Assembly: GCF_018977255.1 (NCBI RefSeq)
Contig: NW_024704743.1
Location: 100,380,001 to 100,444,000, forward strand
Length of the DNA stretch: 64,000 bases
Origin: Callorhinchus milii
Lineage: Eukaryota
Direction of reading: 5' to 3'
Shown: positions 13,022 through 25,879 of the stretch, piece after piece
How the letters are laid out: the number at the start of each line of letters is the position of its first letter
Position numbering within the stretch: position 1 is the stretch's first letter
Position numbers and translations under genes: made by a program
Notes under the pieces: model-generated
The model's input: only the letters and a program-made list of their open reading frames with translations
Told to the model about the DNA's origin: nothing
The model's database searches: none

Positions 13022-16000
13022 ATTTGTTACCATTGCTATGAAATGGCCCCAAATTTATTTAACTGCATAACCAGTGGAAACAATATTAATCATTAATGAT
13101 CCTTGTATCTTACATAGAGCCTTATCATGTTGTTAAAATATTTCAAAGCACTTCACAGAATTTATTGTAAAATATAGTTGCTATGTTTATTGTAGGCAAA
13201 ACATTTCTATGAATGCAACATTATGAATATTTTCACTAGAAGTGATTCAAATTTTTAAATAATGGTTGTCTGTACCTCACAAGAATTGAACAATAGTGCA
13301 GTGTAAAATAAATAATCCTTACATTTGGAAATATTTAATCATCATCATCCATAATTATCAATTTCAATTCTATTAAATTGCGTTGTCTCTTGTGTGTTTA
13401 CCCCAAAACTCCTCAACACGGCAAACCATGTGAACAAGAACACAAACTATTCATTGACATCAGCAAATATAATCTGATATGCTTTTAAAACTGGTGACAG
13501 CAGAGTGAACAGCTATATTTGTATACACATCCTTTGTGTCCCCCAGCTTGGGTGCCCAGCCATCAGTGTAAATGCTTTGAGACATCTTTCCCATGTGAAA
13601 GGCGTTATATAAATGTAAATTGTATTGCATTGTACTGTGAACATCATGTGAAAAATAATGCTTTCGGTTTGGATGCAGTTCTAGAATAAAAAAACTCATT
13701 TCTAGAGGTGGTAAGAAGTTAAATGAAGATGAAAAATATAGAAGATTACAATAATTGAAAACGACATTGATCTAAAAACTAGATTCAATGTTGAAATAAA
13801 TTTGATTTCCTTTGTTAGATGTTACCAAATGGACGTGCAGTATTGCTGAGCACTAAACACGTTTTGGGTAACTCTCTGCGATTTTAGTCCAGAATTAGGA
13901 GGACAATATGAAAAGGCTGAAAAACTATCAATCATAGAGTGTCAACTGATGTGAGTTTAAATAGTAATCCTTATTTTGCTTCTGTTTATATTAAATGGAA
14001 GCTGCTACTAGATTGACTGCATCATATAGCAGTTGTCAATCCCAGATAAAATACAGTCTCTAGATAAAATTGGTTATTCGCCCTCATTGTTGTTTGTGAA
14101 CATTGTTTATAGACAAATTGGTTGTGGCATTCACCTATATAATAAGAACATAAGAATTTGCTAGGCGAAAGAAGATCAATGTCCATTTGGTTCACCTTCC
14201 ACCATCCTGGCAGTCGCTTGACATGTTGTGTCCCAAACTATATACTGACAATATATAGTAAATTACATAAATCCTGTGAAGTGCTTTGAAACTTCTTCCG
14301 GCTACATCAAATGCAATATCAATATTCATTATTATTATTGGAGGAGTTGTGGTGAGGTACGAATGGACAAGTGGTAGATTTTCCAAAACAGCTAGAGTCT
14401 CAATGCAGTTCATTATTACAGAATACTGTTGGCTCTAAAATATTACAAAACTAGAATAACTTTTTCTAATTGCTTCATTTATTTTTTGCTGTTTGTTTCG
14501 CAGATGTTTTTAGAAGTAGATTTTAAGCAACAAATCAAGCCTAGAAATTGCTAATATAAAAGAAAATTCAATTCACTGGCTTGCGCATAGTGCTCTCCTC
14601 TTTACATAACATATTATCAGGTTTGGGAAGAAAAATCTGTTCCTTGGCAGCACAAAGGATAATAACTCATGCTCAGCACCCAGCCATGTTTACATACTTG
14701 TGAAATGAAAATTGCAAGTTACAAATTGTGAGCAATGCTTCCTTCTATCATGCTGATGATAGATTTAGCAGAGAAAGACCCCTGAGAGAACCAGAAAAAC
14801 CTACAGTGGAGCTCTGCAATAAATTAAACATAACATCCAATAAGTACCAAGTGGAAGCCAAACTCATGCATCTTCATTGAATCATTAACCAAGCTTTCAC
14901 CAGCAGATTACTCATCCTTCAAGAATGCAGTTTGAGGTTCATGGAGTCTGTCAGACTTGTTTGATTTTATTGGTGGGTTTCAGCAGTCACTCTCTTCAGA
15001 CTGCTATCAGCAGGCCATTACAGAAAGTAGGTGTTTATATAGAGTCCAGACCATGAATTTACAATGTCTCGTTCGAGTGAAGAACCTTTACTTTTCTGCC
15101 ATGATGAAGTGTACACTCAGCTATTTCGCATTCAAGCCAGGAAGAGACTGTTTAATACATTTTCAATCCTATGATTTAATGTCATCTCATACCACATTAA
15201 TACTGAAATGTTTGGTTAAAATCCTTGAAGCTGGTACGGAATCGGTCACAACCTTGTATAATTAATCTTGTCCTGTTTGGCTTCACTGCTTATATGCACC
15301 TGCACAAATCAATATCAGTTTTCCCGTCAATGGGAACATTTGGGATCTATAACCCCAAACATAATGGCACGGTTAGTGCCTGTAGCCTACATTTAAATTA
15401 TGCTGCTTCATAATACAGAATATGTGTGTTGCATTCTTAATCCCAGATCTTGGTATTTTGCTGAATATGATGTTGAAATTACCTTTCAGACCCATCAACT
15501 ATTGTCTGTATCAGCTGTATGGTTTCTTATTCAATCTGTATCCATCGCTGATTGATTGAGTAAATTGATAGATGAAATTGTGCCATTTGCACTGGATGCT
15601 TCTGTTCAGCCCGCAAAAACAACAGGATTTTCAAACATCTACAAACATATTGGATAATTTTGTGTGAGTGATGTGTGTAAAGACATTGCCCCAAAATATT
15701 TCAAACTTGAAGATATAAAATGTTTGGCTTATGAATCGGCATAGGCCTCTGTCAGCTAACAGGCACTTAAAATTTAAAATATGACAAACAGAAAAACACT
15801 AGCCTTTCAAGCAGTTTGCAGCTACTGTAATTGCAGTTTGAATTCATAACCAGCACTGAAATGTAATGCCAAAGTGGCTATTAGACACTAAGGTGACAGC
15901 TTCAGAAAGTACACAAATATGTGTTCATTTCTTTCAGATTCTAAATTGTATTGCTGAGAGGTTGTTCCAGACAGACACCAGACTTTTTAATACTAATGGA

Positions 16001-16089
16001 GGAATTACAGACCCTATAATGAGTTCATATAATAACATCACCTTATACAAGTGAGCAATAAATCAGTTAGGAGACTCTTGAGATAGTTA

Positions 16090-16255
16090 ATAATTGGTAG
16101 CTCTCTCAGATCCAATGCAGAAGGTTGTGGGCTTAAGCCCCATGTTGAGAGTTTGCACTCACAGTCTAGGCTGACACTCCAATGCAGTGCTGCATCCAAT
16201 TGGGGGGGGTGGGGGGGGGGGTGCTGGCCTTTAAATGAGGCATTGAAACTAGGTT
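16090..16255 (+). mobile_element. SacSINE1-like Deu SINE 5' part; its tail resumes at about 17200-17275 after the CR1 insertion
   Basis: CAGAAGGTTGTGGGCTTAAGCCCCA...TCTAGGCTGACACTCCAATGCAGTGCTGCA. Confidence 0.65.
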
Positions 16256-16258
16256 TCT

Positions 16259-17199
16259 AACATAACATGTAGGAGCAAGAGTAGGCCATTCGGCCCTTCG
16301 AGCCTGCCCCACCATTCAATCATGGCTGATCTTCTAATCTAACTCCAGCTAATAACCTAACCCTGCCTTATCCTCATATCCCTTAATCCCTTTTGCAATA
16401 AGAAATCTATCTATCTCAGTCTTGAATATGTTCAAGGACTGAGCGTCAACAGCCCTTTGGGGTAGTGAGTTTCATACATTCACCACCCTTTGAGTGAAGA
16501 AGTTCTTCCTCAACTCAGTCCGAAAGGGTTGGCCTCTGATTTTAAGGTTGTGACCCCTGGTTTTAGTTTCTCCAACCAGGGGAAACAATCTCCCACTACC
16601 TACTCTATCATGCCCTTTGATGATCGTATAGGTTTCTATAAGATCCCCTCTAAGTCTTTTATATTCTAGAGAATATAGGCCCAAATTGGTCAGCCTATCC
16701 TCGTAACTCATCCCCTTCATCCCTGGTACTACCCTAGCAAATCTACGCTGCACCCCCTCCAAGGCAAGTACATCCTTCCTTAAATAAGGAGACCAAAACT
16801 GCACACAGTATTCCAGGTGTGGTCTCACCGGGGCCCTATACAGTTGCAGCAAGACTTCCCTACTCTTATACTCTAATCCTTTCATAATGAATGCTAACAT
16901 ACCGTTCACCTTCCTAATTGCTGCTGCACCTGCAGACTAACTTTCTGTGATTGGTATACAAGGACACCCAAGTCCCTCTGGACGCTAACACATTCCAGTC
17001 TCTCCCCTTCTAAAAAATAACCCGCTCTACTGTTTTTGCTACCGAGGTGGATGACTTCGCACTTCCCTACATTATACTTCATCTGCCACCTACCTGCCCA
17101 ATCACCTAACCTATCTATGTCACGCTGCATTTTTTTAATGTCGTCCTCTGTATTGACACTTCCTCCTAGTTTTGTGTCATCCGCGAATTTAGATATATT
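16259..17199 (-). mobile_element. CR1 LINE 3' fragment (RT C-terminal region and 3' UTR), frameshifted
   Basis: SKFADDTKLGG, WQMKYNVGKCEVIHLG, RDLGV, VRPHLEYCVQFWSP, RLRGDLIE, TRGH, FFTQRVV; CR1-type tail GGGCCGAATGGCCTACTC. Confidence 0.95.
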
Positions 17200-18059
17200 A
17201 AAGTAAAATCATGTGAAGCACTTTTAGACATCCTCTGAACATGAAAGATGCTATACCAAATGCAAGGACGATCATAAAATACATTTTTTTTTATTTTTAA
17301 GAAATTTAGTCATGAGAAAATGAATACAACAACATGCAGCTATTTTTCTCCATGGGGAAGTTTAATAAAGCAATGTTAGTAGAAGAGCAGAACATTTAAA
17401 TGGAATAAACTTAACTGTAAAAGAGCAAACGTAACCAGAGAATTATCTCATCTAGTATAGGAAAAAATAAAAGTGAAGCAAAATGGGGAGAATAACAAAA
17501 ATTTTATTATGGAGAGGATGGTTCAAAATCATTGAAGGGGTCATTTTTTGCATGCTAATGGTAAACCTTTTTCCTGAGTCTTATTAAGAGGCTACAAATT
17601 GTATAAGTAAGCAACAGATATCTCAAAACATAAGAGGAAGGTTAAATATGGAACAAAATCTAGTATTTGATCAATTGGGGAGCTCAGTAGATCCAGGAGT
17701 AGGCAATCGGTCAGTGGGCAATCATCAATCATACTGCAGAGGCAAGTAGTGTCAATAGTATAAATTAGTTATGCTATTGGCACTAATATTAACTGACAAT
17801 GCATTATTATTTTCTGAATCATTAACAAATAAAGCCTAGATCTTTGATAAAGAGAGAAGGAAATTTGTAAAACACAAACCAGACTAAAATTTGTTTTAAG
17901 ACAAGGATTATTGTTATATGCTGTTTCCTAGAGTGTAGGAAACAGCATCTAAAAATAATCCATGCATTTGAGTGCCTGATCACTTCAAAACATCTCAAAG
18001 TTCTCACAGGATTTTACTGTAAAGTGTAGTCACTATGTATTTATAGGCATCTTTCAGAT

Positions 18060-18352
18060 GACACATCAAACTAAAAACAATCTGCCTGTTCAGGTGGACG
18101 TTAAAGATCCCATGGTTCTATTTGAAAAGAGAAGGGAGTTTCACCCAATATCCTGGCCAACAATCTCCAGATAAAATAATAATAATAATAAAAATTGATC
18201 ATTCACAGCATGCCAGTTTGTCAGATATTGCTGTGTGCAAGTTGGTTGCCATGTCTGACTACAAAATACAGTTACAACAATTTATACTACATTCTTTGAA
18301 GTGCTTTGAGATGCTCTCTCGATATAAAAGACACTACATTAAATGGCGTAAA
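18060..18352 (+). mobile_element. SacSINE1-like Deu SINE, 5'-truncated
   Basis: CAGGTGGACGTTAAAGATCCCATGG...TCCTGGCCAAC...TTGCTGTGTGCAAGTTGGTTGCC Deu-like core. Confidence 0.8.
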
Positions 18353-18429
18353 ATGTTATTTGTTCATGATAAATTCGACTTCAAGCCTTCTGATAATTTA
18401 GTTGATAAATGTGCCATAATATGGAAATG

Positions 18430-19045
18430 TGCCAGACAGATCAGGACGCATTCTAAGATGTATGCTGAGTTAGTTGACCTCAGCTGCAGCAATGGTGAGG
18501 GCATTATAATAATAATACTCCTTGCCTTTGATATAGCATCTTGGCATGTAATTGAAACATCTCAAAGCGCTTCAAAAAATATAATATAAAGTGTAGTGAC
18601 TGCGTATTTGCGGGCAAACATGGCAGCCAATTTATGCATAGCAAATCATCTATGAAGTGAATGACCAATTTCATTTGGGGGATTGTTGGTCATGAGACTG
18701 AGATAAACTCTCTTCACTTTTCAAACAGTGCAATGGGATCTTTAACCCCCACCTGAACAAGCCTTTGTTTAATCTCTCAGCTGAAAGACGTCACCTGCAA
18801 AAATGCAGCACGCCCGCAGAACTGCATTGGAGCGCCAGCATAAACTATATGGGTTTCAAGCTTCGACACAGGGCTTGAATCTACAACCTTCTGACTCAGA
18901 GGCAAGAGCAGTTATCCACTGAGCCTGGCTAATATTCTAATTGTGTTTCCAGGCTAGGGAAGAGAAAAATCAGCTATGATGCACTTCTGCGGACAGTGAG
19001 TAAGAAAAGGAACAGACCTAATTGTAATGATCGGCCATGATTGTG
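18430..19045 (+). mobile_element. AmnSINE2-like relic split by the 18506-18932 SINE
   Basis: TATGCTGAGTTAGTTGACCTCAGCTG on the left and CCAGGCTAGGGAAGAGAAAAATCAGC on the right; colinear with the 1205 copy. Confidence 0.5.
18506..18932 (-). mobile_element. Full-length SacSINE1-like Deu SINE
   Basis: tRNA-like head (reverse complement of CTTGAATCTACAACCTTCTGACTCAGAGGCAAGAG), full Deu-like core, L2-type tail. Confidence 0.85.
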
Positions 19046-19374
19046 ATAAACTCCAAAGTTAAAAGATCTGCCAAAACTCGTCAACTTGGCTGACATCTAA
19101 TGAATTGTGCATCAGCTCATTACAGGTATCCATATACCCGGAGGAGTTTTTGTCCACCTTCAACATAGAAATTGAAGAAAACCCACTTCTGCCATTTGTT
19201 TTATCCACATCAATTTTCCTTGCAATTTCAAGAAATATTGCACATTGACTAAAATACCAATTAAGGCAATCATTGGGTTGGATTAAAGCAAAGCAAATAA
19301 AAAAATCTATTATTGCATGCAAAGTCCTTCCAAAGATCATGTACGATATTTAGTCATATTGAAGTAAAATCAAT

Positions 19375-19650
19375 ATAGAACCATAGAAATTCACATCACA
19401 CAAGGAGTCCATTTGGCCAATTGTGCTTGTGCTGTCTCAGAAATTTCTATCTGTCTAGTCCATTCTACTGCCTTTCCCCTATGCCCTTGTATATTTGTCC
19501 TTTTCAGATAATCATCCAATCTCACTTAAAACCCACTGTGGATTCTGTCTCAATTACAGTTCAAGGTATCCTCTGTGTAAAATAATTCTCCTAATTTTTT
19601 CCTTTGTTGATTTGACACTTACTTTTAACTTATTTAAAAGTTAAGATCAA
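19375..19650 (-). mobile_element. Degraded CR1-type 3' end
   Basis: ATAGAACCATAGAAATT...CCATTTGGCCAATTGTGCTTGTGC; homologous to 56517-56800. Confidence 0.65.
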
Positions 19651-19949
19651 GTTAAATCTCACAAGTGAGATTTTTTTCAAGTAAAGTTTATTCTTTGATC
19701 AAGGATGCTTTGATTTATAGATAACTTTGCAAGAGGAAGAGGATTTAGAGAGAATAGGATTGACCTCAAAATCTCTTTTGTCTCTTCATAGATTGCACCA
19801 ATATCTACTTTATGATCAAACAACACCTTTCATCATGATAGACACATAGAGAATATGGAAGAGAAAAAGGCTCAAAAGCCTATCAAGTCCACTTCTGGGA
19901 TAATTTCCCCCATTCCATCTCTCATGCAACACTCTAACTATGTTTCAAG

Positions 19950-20290
19950 GTCAACCTGGCCAGGTAAGTAGGATTCTCGCCACTGAGTCAGAAGGTCCTG
20001 GATTGAAGCCAGAGCGATATGGGGCTCATAGTCCAGGATGATGAGTTAAGTACTTTGTGATGTCCACCCGACATGAAACGGGCTATATGAATGTAAATTG
20101 TTATTGTGTTTTTGATACTCCAATGCAGTTCTGGAGGAGCACTGCATAATTGGAGATACCATGATTTGGATAAAACTTTAACCCGAGTTCTCGTCTGTCT
20201 GTTTAGCTGGACGTTGAAGCGCCTATGGCATTATTTGAAAGGAGAATGGAATTTCTCCCAGTGTCCTGGCCAACATTTTTAAAAAAATGG
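19950..20290 (+). mobile_element. SacSINE1-like Deu SINE 5' portion with an embedded tail fragment
   Basis: CTGAGTCAGAAGGTCCTGGATTGAAGCC...CTGGACGTTGAAGCGCCTATGGCATTATTTGAA...GTGTCCTGGCCAAC. Confidence 0.7.
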
Positions 20291-20372
20291 TAATTCCTCA
20301 TTTTCTGCCATTCAGTCTCCTTAGTAGTAATAATTCTTACATTTTGGTATAGCACCTTTCACATCGGGAGAG

Positions 20373-20808
20373 AAATAATAATAATAATCCTTACATTTGA
20401 TATAGCGTTTTTCACGTCTTCTAGACATCTTAAAGCGTTTCACAGAATATACTGTAAAGTGCAGTGACTGCGTTTTGAGGCTGATTTTCCACATAGCCAT
20501 ATCCCACAAACAGCCGTGAAGTGAATAATCAATTTTTTTAAATGTGGGCATTATTGGCCAGGACACTAGGGGAAACTACTTTCTCTTTTTGAATAGTGCC
20601 ATGGGATCTTTAATGTCTTCCTGAACAGGCAGACAGGGGCTCAGTTTAATATCTCATTTGAAGGATAGCACCTCCATCAATGCAGCACACACCAGCACTA
20701 CATTGGAGTGTTATCTTAAGACTACACAATTCCAAGTCCTAACGTGGGGCTTGAACCCACAACTTTCTGAATCAGAGGCAAGAGTGCTACCAATTGAGCC
20801 CAGCTGAT
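20373..20808 (-). mobile_element. Full-length SacSINE1-like Deu SINE
   Basis: Colinear with 18506-18932; head GGGGCTTGAACCCACAACTTTCTGAATCAGAGGCAAGAGTGCTACC. Confidence 0.88.
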
Positions 20809-21247
20809 AGACTCCATCCCAGGAGAGTTGATAAAACACAGAAAGCTACTCCTTGGATCTTGACATACTATCCAAATTATAAAAGCATTGATGGCACAAA
20901 GAAAATAAGCAAACTTCTAGTGAATCGTATTTATATTTCACCGAGGTATTTTTCTGTCTGTGAAATCAGAGCCACGGACATATAACACGAGACAAGAGAA
21001 TCTGTTTACAGCATCAGCAGGGAGACTGTTAAAGAAAAGCAATGTGCCTAAAACAACTGAAAATGTAACACATGGTAACACACAGAGTCTACTGAGAATA
21101 GAGCATATGTGGATACACCGCTTACAGTAAGCAGAGATGCACATTGAAACTCAGCAGTATATATGCTGTTGGTTTTCCACATTCCTTTGAAATGGTGACT
21201 ATTAGGCATTTTGAGCCCCCTGTCTCATGGGCAATTGTGCAAGATAC

Positions 21248-21762
21248 ATAACAACAACAGTAAGATTACATTTGTATAGCGTCTTTCACGTCGGGAGGAT
21301 GTCCCAAGGCGCTGGACAGTGTACAGCATTTCAGACCCGAGCTGGGGTCATGGGGGAGAAGGGAGGGGAAGGTAAGTGGGGTGACCAATGGCATGGTCGA
21401 AGAGAAAGGTTTTGAGGCGGGACTTGAAGGAGGCTAAGGAGGGGGCGAGGCGGAGTGATTGGGGGATGGAGTTCCAGAGGTTGGGGGCAGAGTGGCTGAA
21501 GGCTCTCCTGCCAATGGTGGGGCAGGTGGGTCGGGGGACATGGAGCAGACCAGAGCCGGCTGAGCGGAGGGAGCGGGCAGGTTGATAGGGGTTTAGGAGG
21601 TCTCAGAGATAGGGTGGGGCGAGACCATTGAGGGCTTTGTAGGTGAGGACCAGGATTTTGAACTGGATCCTCTGAAGGATAGGGAGCCAATGGAGTCGGG
21701 CAAGAATGGAGGAGATAGGGTCACGGTGTTTGGTGCAGGAGAGGACACGGACTGCAGAGTTC
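21248..21762 (-). mobile_element. L2 3' fragment
   Basis: Reverse complement of the L2 ORF2 C-terminus, stem-loop and (CAA)n; homologous to 55095-55638. Confidence 0.92.
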
Positions 21763-22156
21763 AAGTCACAAGGGTTCTGCTATGTGACTGTTCGTTCTTT
21801 ACATGACAATTACAAAATCACGCACTGACTTAAAAGCTCTTTGGACTGATTTATGTTACTATTGATTGCCCCAAGCTCAAAGTGACTTTCATTATTGTGT
21901 GTTGTCTTGGAACTTTGAGCAAGATGATCAAGATGGAGAGCTCTCTGGATATGTTGCAGTGGAAATGTCCTCTGAAAGAGCAACCAACACAGAATCACTG
22001 GAAAAAGTATCTACAGTGTAAACTGGATTTTCTCCAGAAAAACCCTGTCTATTACACCAAATTGTAGACTTCAACTCTGAGAAAACCTCACAAGTGAAGT
22101 TATATCAACTCCTGTACAGAACCCTGTGTCCCTGATTGCTGGAAACATAAGGAAAT

Positions 22157-22300
22157 ATAATAATAATAATCCTTGCATTTGATATAATGCCTTACCAAAT
22201 TTTTGAATATCTCAAAGGGCTTCATGGAATATACTGTAAACTGAATTGACTGTGTATTTTGTGGGCGGATAGCGGCAGCCAAATACCCACAGCAGTATTC
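22157..22300 (-). mobile_element. SINE 3' fragment
   Basis: ATAATAATAATAATCCTTGCATTTGATATAATGCC...GCGGCAGCCAA. Confidence 0.85.
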
Positions 22301-22699
22301 GACAAAGACACTGAATGAATTCATCAGACAACAATTAAAAACACTGAGGGGAAATATAGGGAGCATGAAAGACAATCAGGTGCTAAATGCCATCTAGTCT
22401 TTTGTCTTAAAATATAAATTTCCACAATTTGGAAAATATGTTTTATCTCAATCTGAAAGCCAGTTCTTCTTCCAAATCAAGATTGCAATTAAGAATTTTC
22501 CACAATTCTAGATAATCTTCCACAGGCTGACACTAGGTGGAATGCATTTTGGGCCTCAGGTTTAGACTATTGAGTTGGCGAATCCCATTCATCACCTAAT
22601 AACTGTGAAAGATTTTCACTATGTTTTCACACTGCATAAGATGGTTATTAGGCATGGCAGCATGTTTAAAACATAAGAAATGAGCATGAGAACCCCAGC

Positions 22700-23440
22700 T
22701 TCAGAGGACAATATCTCCCTCATCTTCAAAAAGATCTTCACTGACCCTTGCATGCTATCCAGTGTGCAACCAATCTCCAACCTTCCCTTCCTTTCCAAAG
22801 TGCTGGGATACAGCATTGCCTCCCGGCTTCACTCCTTCCTTTCTCACCATTCCCTCTTCAAGCACCTCCATTCCGCTTCTGTCATGCCCACAGAACCAAA
22901 TCTGCCTTGGTCAAAATTAACAATGACATTCTCACCATCTGCGACGGGGCTCCCTTTGCCTCCGTTATTTTCCTCATTTTCTCTGCTGCCTTTGACTCTG
23001 TCAATCACTCTATCTTTCTTTAAGATGCAGACCAGCCAGAATTCTGCAGCTCATGTCTACTTCCATTCCAGGCTTTGCGAAAGTATCACCTTCATCCTTC
23101 CTTGACTTCACTGGCTCCCAATCCTCTAGCAGATCAAATTCTAGATCCTTGCATTCATATTCAAATAACCCCACAGCCTTGCCTTTCCTTACCTCTTGCA
23201 ATCTGCTTGACAAACACCGGCTACTGTCCAACCATTGGTAAAGGAGCTTTCAGCCATTCTGCCCTACTCTCTGGAACTCCATCCCATAGGCCCTTTGTGT
23301 TGTCCCCTCCCTCCCTCCCTTTAAAGCTCTCCCCACTCCCAGGACGGGCTCCTGTGAAGCAAAGTCAGCTATGTGAAGTGCTTTGAGATGTCCTCCCAAC
23401 GTGAGAGGCGCTATATAAATATAAATTATTATTGTTGTGT
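22700..23440 (+). mobile_element. Old internally deleted L2
   Basis: [36 protein letters not shown] joined directly to QNSAA; L2 tail at 23375-23440. Confidence 0.85.
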
Positions 23441-24289
23441 TGAAGGGAACAGACCTGTACAAAAAAAAAGATTACATCATCGCAAAATATTTTGGAGAAA
23501 TCTTTCCTGGCAAACAGACATGATCATAAATGATCTAATCATCATGAATTAAATGGTCTAGAAGGTAGACATCAGCAAAAGGAGATAGGAAATTAATGCA
23601 GTTAACATAAAACTACTTTTGAGCACAGGATCTGTATGTGGAGACTGGAGAAAGAGTATTTAATTTCATTCTCAATAAGGCATCTTGTAATTTGAATGGA
23701 ATAATCATAACCATATTACATTTCATATCATAATGTGGGTATCATAATGCATAATGGAGAAAGCATTGGCATTGTACAATTAAATTCTGTGTTATATGAA
23801 TGCACTTGTATAGTGATATACATGCAGTCATGCAGGAGATATCTCAAAACACTTACTTAATGGGGCTAAGAAATATAATTGGATGGACAAGATGTAGCCT
23901 GATTATAATGTTCAACTCAGTTTCCAACATTACTTGTAGGCTAACACTCACATTTGTGAAACCATAACACAGCATAAACCAGCACTTTGAGGAAAAGAAT
24001 AGGTGAAAAAGAAAGGAAACTGGAAAATAAGATAAGAGTTAGAATTCAGATACCCAAACTACACATCCTAAAATTCAGTTCTGTTGGGAGAAATGTAATA
24101 TTTTGAGAGTGCTAGAAAGAACATTGATTGACTGGTACAATTTGACGACTTCAATTGGCTTCTGATATGCCAGAAAATGTAATTGTGAGACAATTTGCAG
24201 ATGATTCGGCTTTAAAAGTATTTTTGCGGGTAAAAGCTTTGTTAATTTTTATGTTAACAATAATAGCGGAATTTATATTTATATACATC

Positions 24290-24520
24290 TTTACTGTTGG
24301 AAGGATGCCTTAAGCTGAAGGTGACTGAAAGCACAGCTCAAAATACAGGTGGTCTTAAGGCAGGTTTTGAAGGTGGGGTCGGGCAGACCAGGTGGAGGAC
24401 TCCAGAGCTTGAGAGAGTAGGTGCAGAATGGCTGAAAGTTCACCCAATGGTGATTGGACAGATTGGGTGGAGAACATGAAGCAGACTGGTGTTTGCTGAG
24501 GGGATGGAGCATTTGGGGTA
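24290..24520 (-). mobile_element. Degraded L2 3' fragment
   Basis: TFKTCLKT on the minus strand; GCAGAATGGCTGAAAG...CCAATGGTG. Confidence 0.65.
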
Positions 24521-24796
24521 GTCGGTTATTTTCAAAACGTACCTGAAATATTTTGTTTGGGTCTGTGTATTTTAAGGATATTTTGAAGATAAATATGCCA
24601 AAATGTAGTATGCATGTTTCATCTCATATCTTTCATTAGAATTCTGTTCAAACAAAATATTGTATACCATTGGTTACCCTACAGTACTGATCAATTTTTA
24701 CTGAATGCATCAATTCACATTTTAGAATAGGATGTTATAGTAAACATTATTTCACATTAAAGGATATTGATGTGATTATATTTCTGTTCTCACTTC

Positions 24797-24950
24797 AGAT
24801 TTCGATGTGATTGTAAATTCAATTCTGTTTAGATTGTGATATGATTGTAAAATCAATTCTCAGTTTGGAATATGATGCGATTGTACATATCATTTTTTTA
24901 CCATAGAATATAATTTGATTTGATTCTTATTTTAGAATATGATTGACATA
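24797..24950. repeat. Degenerate minisatellite, unit about 35 bp, 4-5 copies
   Basis: AGATTTCGATGTGATTGTAAATTCAATTCTGTTT / AGATTGTGATATGATTGTAAAATCAATTCTCAGTTT / GGAATATGATGCGATTGTACATATCATTTT. Confidence 0.7.
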
Positions 24951-25664
24951 ATGGAAGGAAGAAAGCTAAGAAACACACTTGTAACTTAGCTATAAAATAT
25001 ATAACTGACTTCTAAAATACTCCTAAAAAGCAGCAACCTCCTGTCTGCACTATGTTAGCAAGAAGAAATAAATAAATGTTAAAATACATACATACCCAGT
25101 CACTGCTTTTATTTAAACAACCTACTTTATAACTGACCTGCCTTGCCTTTGGATCAGGTAGATTTTTAATCAGAGCGAGTTAGCATCCCATACTGATCAA
25201 TGATACAGATCTCCAATGAAGACCACTTTATTTACCTCACCATCTTGTTACTAAGCTCTCTAGAGCCCACAAGACTCAAACATATCTCACTCCATCAAAG
25301 ATGTGAAGCACATTATTGATCTATTGTGAGCTTTTCTCCTTTGTCAAGCCTTTGGTATTTTTTCCCAGACTTTAAGATGCCAGCTTTCTCCGATAGTTGT
25401 TTTTTTGTAAAGTCTTATTTTCATAATCAATGCGATTAGTTATTCTAACAGACAGCTCATCAATTCCTCATGAAAACTTTTAAACTTGTAATAATTGTAG
25501 GCTAGACTTTATCTTACGGAAGGAGAAATCTTATTCACCTATTTCCTTTACAAACTGATTTAAATCACTAGAGTCTTGTGTATGAATGATTATTTGGGAA
25601 TTGGTGCATCCTTTCCCAATGGAGACTGACAACAAAAGAGGAAATGATTCCAAAGTATCTGCAA

Positions 25665-25879
25665 GGGTAAATTCCAACTGGGACTAGATTTACTCTATGT
25701 AGCATTTCAGAGTATCCAGAATTTTGTAAATTGTTGAATTCAGTCTTAACTTTGAGGTTGGTTTTCTGTAGTTAAAATAAAAATACAGAAAACGGGCTTC
25801 AAAAATGTTAAGGATCTGACAAATTCTGGACACTCTGAATTGCTACATAAATATCTAGATCCAGGTATAATTTCTCCCC
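25665..25879. mobile_element. Palindromic MITE-like element, about 215 bp
   Basis: Left arm CTAGATTTACTCTATGTAGCATTTCAGAGTATCCAGAATTT pairs with right arm AAATTCTGGACACTCTGAATTGCTACATAAATATCTAG; centre TTTTCTGTA...TACAGAAAA; ends GGG...CCC; relatives at about 45200 and 51815. Confidence 0.75.

Noticed and set aside
14957..15265. 102-aa ORF and a nested 36-aa ORF
   Set aside because: No motif, non-ATG start and no convincing splice boundaries.
16202..16221. Poly-G run as a functional G-quadruplex
   Set aside because: Homopolymer expansion inside a decayed SINE; no evidence of function.
19059..19340. 93-aa minus-strand ORF
   Set aside because: No recognisable homology; length is compatible with chance.
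24797..24950. CRISPR array
   Set aside because: Degenerate contiguous units, no unique spacers, no cas genes, vertebrate context.
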